Shown: one piece after another, positions 46,101-58,100 of the stretch
How the letters are laid out: each line of letters begins with the position of its first letter
Position numbering within the stretch: the first letter of the stretch is position 1
Assembly: GCA_002633005.1 (NCBI GenBank)
Contig: NMRA01000182.1
Coordinates: 665,768 to 729,767, forward strand
Length of the DNA stretch: 64,000 bases
Origin: Phoronis australis
Taxonomy: Eukaryota; Animalia; Phoronida
Direction: 5' to 3'
Position numbers and translations under genes: made by a program
Notes under the pieces: generated by a model
Databases searched by the model: none
What the model was told of the DNA's origin: nothing
Seen by the model: only the letters and a program-made list of their open reading frames with translations

Positions 46101-49100
46101 GCTTCAAGGTTGGGTCCATTGCACAAAACACTTGAGCTAGAGCACTAGAGCCCACATCATAGTTCTCCGTGAAGAAAGTTTTTAAGTCTGCCAGTCTCCT
46201 TTAAGAAAACCGACAGACGTTTCGATTTGATGGCATGTACTATGCATGCATGCTGTAAGCATGTAACTGTGCCATGCATGCTGTAAGCATGTAACTGTGC
46301 CATGCATGCTGTAAGCATGTAACTGTGCCATGCATGCTCTAAGCATGTAACTGTGCCATGCATGCTGTAAGCATGTAACTATGCCATGCATGCCGTAAGC
46401 ATGTAACTGTGCCATGCATGCCGTAAGCATGTAACTGTGCCATGCATGCCGTAAGCATGTACCTGTGCCATGCATGCCGTAAGCATGTACCTGTGCCATG
46501 CATGCTGTAAGCATGTAACTGTGCCATGCATGCTGTAAGCATGTAACTGTGCCATGCATGCTGTAAGCATGTAACTGTGCCATGCAGTAGGTTGCTCCAT
46601 GGCCTATAAAAAGCTGGACAAGACTCTTCCAGGTTTTTAGGGATTTCAAAGTCAGTATCAGACTCGGGACACACTGGGCTCCCCATATGGTCAGTATTGT
46701 GTCTGTGTCGGGCTAGGTTACAGTGGCCCGTTAAAATTGGAATGGCGTGTCTTATGCCCAATCTATCTAGACTCAGAAGGTTTTTTGAACCTTTTGGTTT
46801 GATCACGTTGGGAAAATTCTCCTTGGTCTCTCTGCAGGAATTTTAAAAGTGATGCCCACTGGGCTGCTGACTGGATAAGTGTCCAGTTGCGTATACTCAT
46901 CCTGAAGCATCCGTAAGATATCGGGATAGCAGGTCTAGGCACAAAATGCAGAACACTTGCTTCTATCTTTGCAAGTCTGTCTGCATTCTCATTGCCATCA
47001 ATTCCCACATGGAACCTGACTCGGTGTATATTGACGCTTCTTTCAAATGCAAGCTTCGTAAAAAATACAAGCATTAATACAACGAGAGTTGATTCTTGAT
47101 TTCTTTAGGGCTTTTGTTGCTGCTTGGCTATCTGAAAAGATCATGGTAATTTGCTAATTGCTAAGCTCGGTGTTATACAGCATTGCCGTGCCAGTAACCG
47201 GTGCTGGTACGAGTGACATTAATCAGGTATGTCACCAGAATATGAAACTTACACAAATGAACACAATGTAGTACATCCCGTATCATAAATCATTCTTCTC
47301 CTGACGTTCTGTAGTGTTTCACTAGAAAAGTCTCACGAGCTTCGACTCAAAGGTTTCAGACGAAATAAGATAATGACAATCGGATCAGTTTCATCAAACT
47401 GTACGTTGCCGTCAAACACGTTTACATAAATATTGAGATGTCAGTGGCGTCTTCAGATGCCCTGATGAACATGGGAGCTTTTGAGGCAACTGATCTGCGA
47501 TTGTGTGTTCACTTCAAGAGTAAGGATTATGACAAAACACTTCAATACATACATGCATACATATATACACACATACTTACATTTTAGGTCTAACCCGTCA
47601 CCATCTAGTACTAGGTCACTCTTGCCGTTCACGTGCAGCACTTCATTACTATTTTTACGATTAGTAATCACATGGAAGTTCATCACTTTTAACGCACAGG
47701 TCAAACACGTCACAATACCTTTTCGACGTATTTGACAAATAGTTTAAACCACTCACTTTTGCCAAGTTATAATTTAATTGCAGAAAGGTGATAGTTGGAC
47801 CCCAGTCATTAGTCTTCCCAGAAAAACTTGTTTGGCTATACAATGATTATAACTTTTAGAATACTGTGATTCTGAACATCGAACACACTTTCCAAAGAAT
47901 TTACAATGACTCTAGTAAGAGGGCTTATAATACATCGGAAAGGGTCAATTAGTACAAAGGTCATCAAATTTTTCAAAATGTTATTTCTCCTACACTTTTC
48001 AAGGGATTCTCTTCAATTTCAGCGCCCAAATTCAAGCGTGCATGCTAATCAAATACTTTACTTTTCTAAGTAAATTGGATCATCGAGTCCGAGATATTGG
48101 CCAAAGTTCATTGACAGAAAAGTTAAATTTCGAACAAGAAACTAGAAGGGTTAGTGTGGTTGCAACATGCAGTTGAATTCTAATTTCAAAGCTTTATGTC
48201 ATTTGGTGCAACCGTGGGGTCATTAAGTGTATTTCTCTTCTGAAATTTTCACCTTTGCATTCAACATGTACTCTGATGTGTGAACAATTAGACAACTGTG
48301 ATTCTCACTATTAGTCAGAGTTTTCACGGACTTTGCAATAATTTCACAACAAAGGCTTATAATCCACCGGAAAGGGTCAACTAGTGCAGACATCATCTAA
48401 TTTTCAAAATGTTATTTCTCCAACATTTTCAATGAATTCTCTTCACTTTCTGGATACAGGTGCAAGCATATATGTCAATCAAATACATTACATTTCTGAG
48501 CAATCAGGCCATCCAATCAGTTAAAATAGGTCACTGAGTGCCAACTAATTTTGTGATTGACATTTCAGAGTTACATATGCGATTGATATATGTAATTCCA
48601 ACTTCAGCGTTTCAGGATCATTAAGTGCATTTTTGAAAAATTGACCTTTTCATTTAATATGTTATCGTGATTCTGAACTTTAACAACGCTTTTTTGGATT
48701 TCACTTCATTTCGCTACTGGGTTTCATAATGCATCGGAAAGCGTCTTACACTACAAAGGATATCTAATTTCATTCAACATCTATTTATTTTATACAATTT
48801 CTAGTCTGTTGTGCGAACAGTTCAACATGTGTGATTCACCATGATCCTTCCTCGTTCTGCTATGGCGCAGAAGCCACCGAAAAGATTGTAACCTTTCCAA
48901 AATGTCTCTTGCAAGTTTATATTTCTGAACCTGCTGTCAAGGCAGATTTGTACATATTTCAATTAGATTTTGTGGTTACCACAAAAACAGAGAAAACATT
49001 CAAGAATTGCTTGCACATCGATGTATTCCNCGCCAATAAAGTATGACTATTTTCGTCTGGCGTGAGTAAACGACACGCCTACATAAGCGAACAGGGTCTA

Positions 49101-52100
49101 TAAATACTGATTACAAAACAAACAAGCTGTTGCAGAAGCAGAAGACAGGGTTCTCGGCAGATATGACTTTCGTTGTTCTTTGGATAATTTCGACCATCTC
49201 TGCAATGGTAATTGAGGTGACCTGATTCATTGATCTTAATTTTCAGCGAAACTACTCACAGAGCAGCGACAGAACAAAAGAAACGAAGAATTCACGTTGC
49301 CAAGTAAAACAAAATGTTATTTTTAAGTTATGAGGGACTTCCTCAATTAGACTTCGCAAATTCTATGATTTCAGTAAATCTCATCACAAGTAAATGTTTT
49401 CTGAAGGCAGATATCCGTGCCACAGTTTATGAAATATCTTTTAGGTTTTGCTGCATGCAAATTCAAATTTAAATGGAGCTTTACATAAGTGGGCTGTTTT
49501 CGAAGCAACATTAAAGGAGAATGACACCCGATTTAGTCTTTTTTGCCGTCTTAATCGGTCTATATCCACATCGCTTCGCACACGGTCGATCTTACCTTGC
49601 CAAGAGGTGTCGCGTTAACCTGTGAGCAAGGTGAGAAACGACACTAGCGACGTCAGTGGTTCATATGCAGAGTGAATGCCACTATGTTGCGGTGCATCGT
49701 TCCCGCTTGTCCGAACTAAGCAGTTGCGAGGAAAGCGGGTATATCGTATTTTTTTACTTCCTCGAGAGTCCGAAATGCTTAGGAAGTGGCTCATGGTTGT
49801 GAAGAATGAAATGTACGCTGTAAAAAGCAAGTATGAGGCCGTGAAACATCTCCGTGCCTGTGGCCTGCAGACGTCGACAGTGCCTGACGAATGCCAGCTT
49901 ACCAAATAACTCCATACGTTCCGTTGCCTGAGCTTGTTCACGGCGCCTCTCCAATATTTCTTCATCACTGTATTCCTGTTCGGGACAGATGAGCTCTAGC
50001 TCGTCCTAAGTCGGGATTGCGAGTTGCCATGTTGGCGTTTATTACTGAGCGTTCTGTTTCAAAATGAATTATTCTCACCCTAACCAATACTTACATAAAA
50101 CTGAAACAAAGCCCGTCTCATTAGATGCAGTTAAAATGCCTTTGGAGTGTTCGTAAGTGCAAATGATTTGAGAAGCCCGCAATGAATAAATCACTGCGTT
50201 ACCGGCTTTAGGTGCAATAAAACTAATTGACGGGACACCGAGGCCGTGTGAGCTCATGCTAATTTAGTGTTTGCTGGCAGAAACTGTTGTGAAACAACTC
50301 GATTTCCATCCCACGGCCAGGTGTTAGGGGAATCTATATTTACATTTACATTACTCAAATAATGATTGTCAATGTACAACTTCTGCCCTGACGGTGCTGT
50401 GGCCAAAGCGGAACCTGAATTCGCGCGGCCCCCGACGAGTAAGTAGATTTGCAGTTTCGTGGATAATTCACCAACTTAATCGCGTGCACATTACTTTGGC
50501 TCACTATATTATAGTATTTTCTTGACTGGAAGTTTAGTTTCCACTGAACTTTGGCTGGTTTATGTTCGTGATGTCTGACCAGTTTCCGAGCCACTGGCCG
50601 GGATAACTTACGAGTCAATCCGGCCGGTCGCGACGGGCCTGATCGGGCTCCGAGCCACTGGCCAGGATAACAAACGTTTTGTGTTTAGAACTCAAAAAAT
50701 CTTAAGTCTGAACAACACAGATCTAGGTTCTCCTGTCTGTATCTCACGGAAAATACTTCGAAATTATCTCCGAACAGACCCCAAACTCCTGCTACGGACC
50801 TTATTGGCCGGCCGATCTTTGTAGGCTACGATGTGTCCAAATACCAATAAATCCTTCAGAGCGAAATAAAACAACACGTTTTTATTAGAACTCGGTGTAT
50901 TTTAAAGGGTTTTACATCGAAGTTTGATGATTTATTGGTGTTAAACGATGACTTCAAGCGATAAGCTGACACCAGTAACCCGTGCTGTGAACTGCTGAAC
51001 AGATTGCGAGTGAAACCAATGACGTCATTGGATAATTTCAACATCTCCTTCCACCGTCAGGTGTCAGGTAACACAACCGTACGTGTCGTTATGGAGTAGA
51101 ACTACTCGATCTAAATTGATACAAATTAGTTTGTTTTGTGGGTGGCATGCTCCTTTAAATGGTTGATGGTTTTACTCAAATTGTTACTTTTTTATAGTGC
51201 TCAAATGGTATATCTAAATGTTTCATTTAAGTCCAATAAACCTTTGTTCTGAAATACGAAGGCACTGTATGGCTCAAAAATTGGCAACAATCTACAGCTA
51301 TTCTCTCCCATAGTTTCTCAATGCCTTTAAAAGTGCACTTCTCAAATCACTCCATACCTTGATGGAGAGCGGTTGCCAATAGGTGGCGTGCAGACAAGAC
51401 TTTTGTGACTAGCTCCATTAGCTTATTCATGACATTGCTAAGTGATACAACATGATAATACAATAACTCCATTCTTAGGCTGATTTGTATCACTAACACC
51501 TTGTCTTTCAAATTATTTTAACCATAGCTGGATTTAGGGAGTTGGGCGACAACTTGTCATTTTTAAGGATTTGTGCGGACACTTTTCATTCGAAAAATTG
51601 TTGTCGCTCTGTGCCAACGTGTCTTAGGTCCGCCAGTTCCGACGGTGGTCTGCTGCTTTTTGTGACAAAAGGTGTGACCAGTTTGTTACATTTTGAGGGC
51701 CTAATTCCTAGTCTTCATTTTATTCCGTTTGTGGAACTAAATACCCCTTTAAATGAGGTACATGTATACACGTGTGCACACTAGAAAAATTGACGTTGTA
51801 TGTTTCATCAATTTGTTTTCTTCAGGCATTGATAGGTTGCCATGGACAAACAATTGACCAGGAGATGCGGAAGGGCAAGGGCGCACGTAAGTTTCACTGT
51901 GATACAAGTAAAGTAATTGAGTTTATAAGTTGAAGCGTCAATTCCTTATCGCTTCCCTTTTAACATTTGAAATCAAAAACATGCCGAACTGAGGGCATCA
52001 AGGGGACATCGGAATAGGAAGTCCTCCAACTTGGTCATGAAAAATAACATTTCTAAAGCAAAAGTCCGCACCCGTTGCACAGTGTAGTGTTGTTTATGAG

Positions 52101-55100
52101 TTTGTATGCCCTATGAACGAATGTTTTCGTTCAAACGTCAAACAATGTTACATTGGTCAAACGGTTTGCAGTCTTTCCCGTCGGTTATCCCTGCTTTTTC
52201 AAAATGGAGCCATTCAAGATCATTTTCTGCAATGCCACGCACGTAAAATCACCCGTCAAGAAATTGCGGAAAACACGTCAATTTGCTACGTGGAGCAAGA
52301 TGTGCTGCGTTTGAAAGTATTAGAGTCCCTTTTAATTGCTTTTGAGAAGCCTGTTTTGAATGAGCAGCAAACAGGGTCGCGCCGCACGTTACACTTGTTT
52401 GCGTGACTTTCCTGTTACCCCAATTCATTAGTCATTCTTTGCAGTATTTCACACCCGCCGTGTCTCACTGTGTGTTTCGTCAGCTTATACTCTGTGGTTG
52501 CATTGTGTCATTTTATCTTCACTTGAGAATGAAACAAGTATGTTCCGAAATATCGTGTGTCTTTTAATTATGTCGCTAGGTCAGTTACTGTATCTGTGTT
52601 CAGTTGAGAGTAGACTTTTGTTCCGAAGGTACGAACGTAACGGAATAAAGACTGTGAACAATGAAAAGTGTCGTGCATTTAACAAATTCCGTATAAGGAT
52701 TGGGTATCTAACATTGCACAAACATGAAATGTTTCACAGTATAAATTGTGGGTGGATTTCCAACACTGTTTTGGAGGAGGGCTACGAAACCAGGTCGAGC
52801 AAAAGATAACGCGGAAACGAGCTTGATCACAAGTGTCCATTTATAAAGAAGTCAAAAGCAGAACGAGAAGGCAAAGATGAAGAAAATTCCTGGCGAAAAG
52901 AGTGCAAAAAGTATATAAAGACAGATTTAGCACGAGAATACAGTGCAATAAAAGAAATATCGTCATCGATGCTTTGAAAACAATAGGGAAGTCAGACACC
53001 TGCAAGTTTAATTGGATAGCATCCTCCGGTGATGAGGTACTCGAACGACATTACAAAATTTTGGTGGGTCGGATACACACTTTTCCAGTAAAATTGAGAT
53101 TCATGAGGGTTCAAGGATATCGGAATGAAATCTGGTGAAGACACATTTGAATCGAAAATGAACTTTGCCGTGCCAAACGTTAAGCAAATGCCTACGTCAA
53201 AAGTGGCTAAGTCTATAACTGCTCGCTCCCAAAGCCAGTGCGTGTCAGTTGAGCTTAAACGGCAAGAAGATAAATGTTTGAAAAACTAAAACTGGTGGAG
53301 ACATTGACCTGTTTGGCTACGAAGAACAACCGAATTTGAAAGACGAACAACAAAGACTGAACAGGAAACTGAAAGAGTAGAGGAACTGAGAAATTTGTTA
53401 CAACTGCAGTCTATTAGGGACAAGTATTTTAACAAATACCCACCCTGTCTACGCTTGCAGTTGAAAGAATGTATACACAAAATATGTGGCATTTTGCCAC
53501 TGAGATTGAAAGAGTAAGTCCCACTAAGGAGGGACGTGAACTGGCATAATTAAGAAATTGAGAAGAAGATGAGCTCTCCTATACATGTCAAATATGGACA
53601 TAGGTGTAATGAGTCTTTCTTGCGCTGATGTATGTAAATTTTAGATATTTTCTCTTGTTTGGAGTCGTTGCAACAGTCGGTAAACTGTGAAGATTAGTGC
53701 AGGGCAATTTACGTTGTTCACGTCGAAGAAACCAACAAATCCCAGTTATTTCTGGGAGGTATAGTCTGTGCAGTAAGTCGGACAGCAAGTTTTTGGCCGG
53801 AAATCCGATTGCAGCCATTTGACATTTTTTTACCAAGATACTAGTTTATATGTATAGGAATGACTTATTTATTGATGCATAATTAGACGACATCAATAAG
53901 TTGAAAATACCACTGGCTCAATGCCAAAGTGTACAGTAGTTGCTCATGACGAGACCGGACATTCACGCGAAACTCTAGTATGACGAGTCCGTACAGATAT
54001 TTTGAGCATAGGTGTCATAAAATACCACATAACGTTAACTGCAATTTACAAATGTCAACTATACTTCTCATCCGGGTTGTCTATGGTTACATGGTGGTAA
54101 TTGTTCAGTGATTTAGTAAGCTTATTGTCCGATAGATTTTGCTACGGCTCCTAGTCAATTAATAGAAGTATAGACTGTTCGCACGTCTGTTTATAGACAT
54201 TACTGCACTCACTAAGTAACACTCGATCACGTAACAGCGTTGCCGAACGTCCTGTAGATTTCGTCTTCAACCACACTTCAGTCGCCACTTTCGGACACTG
54301 TGTGTTATTTTCACTTTTGAACCGTTCATTTGCGCTCAAACGTTAATCCAATATGACGACCCTCGGGGTCTGAAGATGGCGACCAACCTGTTCCAGGCAT
54401 TAAACCGCTCGCACTTCTCACCCCGCTTACGGACAATTCGTCAGAACAGTGGCAGACGTTTATGCAGAAATAGGGCTTCTATAGTACCATCACCAGGTAA
54501 GCTGACCAGTCCCATGAATACCAAGTGGTCTTGTTTTTGCATACGCTTGGTGACGCTGCGTTGAAAACTTACAATAACTTCCACTTCGACAGGGCTGAAT
54601 GTGATCGTATCCTGTCACAGATAATTGACAAGTTTGACCAGTATGCTGTTGGTACATTCAATGAGACCTATGAACGTTTTCTATTTAACTCGCGCACTCA
54701 AAACCCTGATGAGACATTCGAATCCTTTCACTCTGCTATTCGTGGGCTCAGCAAAACCTGCAAGTCCTGCAACTCTTTCGACACTTGTGTGAACTCCATC
54801 ATACGTGACCGTATTGTGTTGGGTGCTCGTGATGACACCACACAGCTGTCGCTACTCAAGGAACCAGCCCTCACACTTGACAAGTGCGTTGACATTTGTA
54901 AAACGTACGAACATGCTGCTGCACAGGACAAAGTACTGAACTCGGCACAATCCGTTAACAAGGTGGACGCTATGCCCCTCTCTAAGCCACCCCACGGGTA
55001 CGACTGTGCTTCTATTGCGGAACAAAGCATGCCATGAGAAAAGAAACGTGATCGGCCTGGGAGAAAACCTGTTCCAACTGTCAGCAACCGAACCACTTTG

Positions 55101-58100
55101 CGTCCAACTGCCCTCCTATTCCTGCAACCAGACCTTCCCAACGCGTGACCCCTAGCTTCACACCTGCTCGCAAAGACGGACAACGTCGTGTGCATGGTGT
55201 CCACGATAACGACTATTTGGTAGACCCCGACCCAGATGACAGAACCACATGGCTTAACAGAGTTCACACAAATGAACAAAGCTCATTCATGTTCAAATGA
55301 GAATCATCGAGGAGGACTGTGATGACATATTCGAAGCTGATAATGGTGCAACCACGAGCACTATTCTGGTGAAATACGTAACCAAGGTACAAATAGAAAC
55401 TACAGGAAAGGCACTTAGCATGTGGAACAAAGACACCCACCCACCTCTTGGTTCTTTTAGACTCACATTGCACAACCCTAAGACTCTGTATCGTTCTTGG
55501 TGGTACAAGAAGACTTCGCCCCCTTACTGTCACTCAGTGCATCTCTCCAAATGGCTCTGATCTCGGTGAATAAGGAAAACTTTGAGCGTCGTAGCCAAGT
55601 GTCGTTCACTGATGAGTTATCCGATGTATTTGACGAGAGTCTTGGCACTTTGACTGGAGAGGTCCACCTCAAAGTGGATCCTTAGATTTTCCCCGTGATC
55701 AGGCCTGCTCGCAAAGAATCACTATCATGCAGGCCCAAACTCAAAGCTGAACTAGACGTCTGGCAAAACTTAATGTCATCTCGCCAGTAAACGAACCTAC
55801 TCCCTGAGTAGCCAAATGGCTGTAGCTGAGAAGAAAAACGGTCAACTGCGTATATGTCTCGACCCCCGTAAAATCAACCAAGCACTGAAGCGTGAACGTT
55901 ATACTCTACCTGTGCTTGAAGACCACATGCACTTGCTATCACAGGCAACAGTTTTCACTAAAGTTGATCTCTCGTGTGCCTATTGACTTGTACAACTCGA
56001 CGAACCCTCTCGTAAACTTACCACACTACAATCCTGCTTTGGCGATCGATACCAGTGGAATCGTCTACCATTTGGGTTATCGGTATGCGCTGAGATCTTC
56101 GTCAAGAAGACGGCAGAAGCCCTCACCGGCCTCGCAGATGTACTGTGCATTGCAGATGATGCTGTAATCTATGCAGCCGAACATGATGCCAACCTGCTAT
56201 GCTGCTGGAAGAAGAGCCTTAAACTCAAGAAGCAGAAGTTTTCTCACACGATCCCCGAAAAATCTTTCATGGGTCATACTTTTTCTGCTCTTGGTATGCG
56301 TCCTGATTCTGAAATAGTCAGAGCACTGGCTGCAATGGCATCCCCTCAAAACGTTAAAGAACACCGACGCTTCATGGGTATGATCAACTACTTTGCCAAG
56401 TACCTACCCAACCTAGCAGCTGTAATTGCCCCCCTCACGAAACCTCCTTAAGAAAGATGTACCCTGGACATGTTCGGACGTGCAAGAATCAGCTACACAG
56501 ACAATCAGGAAACTGATTACAGAAGCTCCAGTTCTCTGCTTATACGATATCAACAAAGACTTAACTTTTAAAAACGACGCAAGCGGCTTTGGGGTCGGTT
56601 CATGTCTGATTGCTTTCTCCAGCTGTTCGCTCACTGATGCAGAGACCCGATATGCTCAAATTGAGAAAGTTCTGCTGGCTGTGGTCATTGGATTGGAGAA
56701 ATTCCACTGCTACACCTATGGTTGCACCCTACAGGTCATCAATGATTACAAGCCGCTAGTTGCTATCAAATTTAAGCCACTTTATCGCGCACCAAGACAT
56801 CTCGAATCACTTCTCGAACTCGCTCAGAAATATGACTTCGAGCTTGTACACCGTCCAGGTAAATCTATACCTGTGGCTGATGCTCTATCCCGAGCCCCAA
56901 TGACTGGCAAAGCAACAGAGGAACTCACAAGTGGGAATGCTGTTTCGTTGCTACCTATCACAGAGTCATTTTTGGCACAAATACGCCATGATTTTGATCA
57001 CGACAACGTATTACCTGTGCTCAAATCGACTATTTTATAAGGGTGGCCGACTCACCGACATGACACCCCAGAAATCATCCGACCACACTTGGACTACCAT
57101 GACGAACTAGCTCTACAAGACGGCATAATCCTCCGAGGTGACACTGTTGTCATTCTCAGATCACTCCGAGCTGACATCAAGTGGAAAGTCCATACTGGCC
57201 ACTAGGGTATTAACTCTCGTCTTCGTCGTCTTCGACAACTCGTATACTGGCCCGGCATGTCCAAGGAAATACATGTACGCCAGTATGTTGAATCCTGCAG
57301 TGTTTGTGCCACGTATGCAACCACCAGAGACACTCAACACGCATGACGTTCCAGAACGTCCTTAGCAGATAGTAGGCACAAATCTTTTTGCCCTATGCAA
57401 TCGTTCTTACCTTATCACTGTTGACTACTACAATCATTTTTGAGATTGATTACTTACCTGACACTCTCTCGGAGAAGGTCGTTAGCAAGATGAAGTATCA
57501 TTTTGCCAGACACTGCATACCGGATACTCTTGTCAGCGACGGTGGTCCGCAGTACTTTTCGCACAAATTCAAACGTTTTGCCTCCTATTGGGCATTCAAT
57601 CACATAGTCACCACCCCTTGTAACAGCAAAGCAAATGGCGCTGCTGAACTCGATGTTAAAACTGCCAAGCGCTTGCTACGCCGCTGTGAGGCAGCACATG
57701 AAGATCCATACCTGGGTTTACTGAATATTTGCATAACACCGAATGAGGCCTTTTCAAACAGTCCAGTTGAACGCTTATTCGGGAGGAAAACCAAGAGTCT
57801 AGTTCCGACCACGTCTAAGATGCTGCACCCTCCTAACCAAAACTCCAGTGAACCTGAAATTATGAAAGACAAGTCATCTACTGCTGACCGCCTTAATCCA
57901 CACCGAAGAGAATTACCCTCCATCCAGGTGACTGTACGTATGCAACCCATTCAGCCAGGTCATTTGAGATGGCAAGCCGCAACTTTAACCAACCCCTTTT
58001 CACCTAGGTTGACTCGACTCATTTAACTTGACTAACAAATTTGAACTTTTCATTGACAATTAAGTTAGTCATGCACAACGTTTTGTGTTGATATTGCAGC

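Noticed and set aside
46241-46587. CRISPR-like 28-bp repeat array
   Set aside because: Repeats are contiguous with no unique spacers, there are no cas genes, and the context is eukaryotic.
46157-46806. Overlapping repetitive ORFs (HAWHSYMLTACMAQL...)
   Set aside because: Translation artefacts of a stop-free 28-bp minisatellite.
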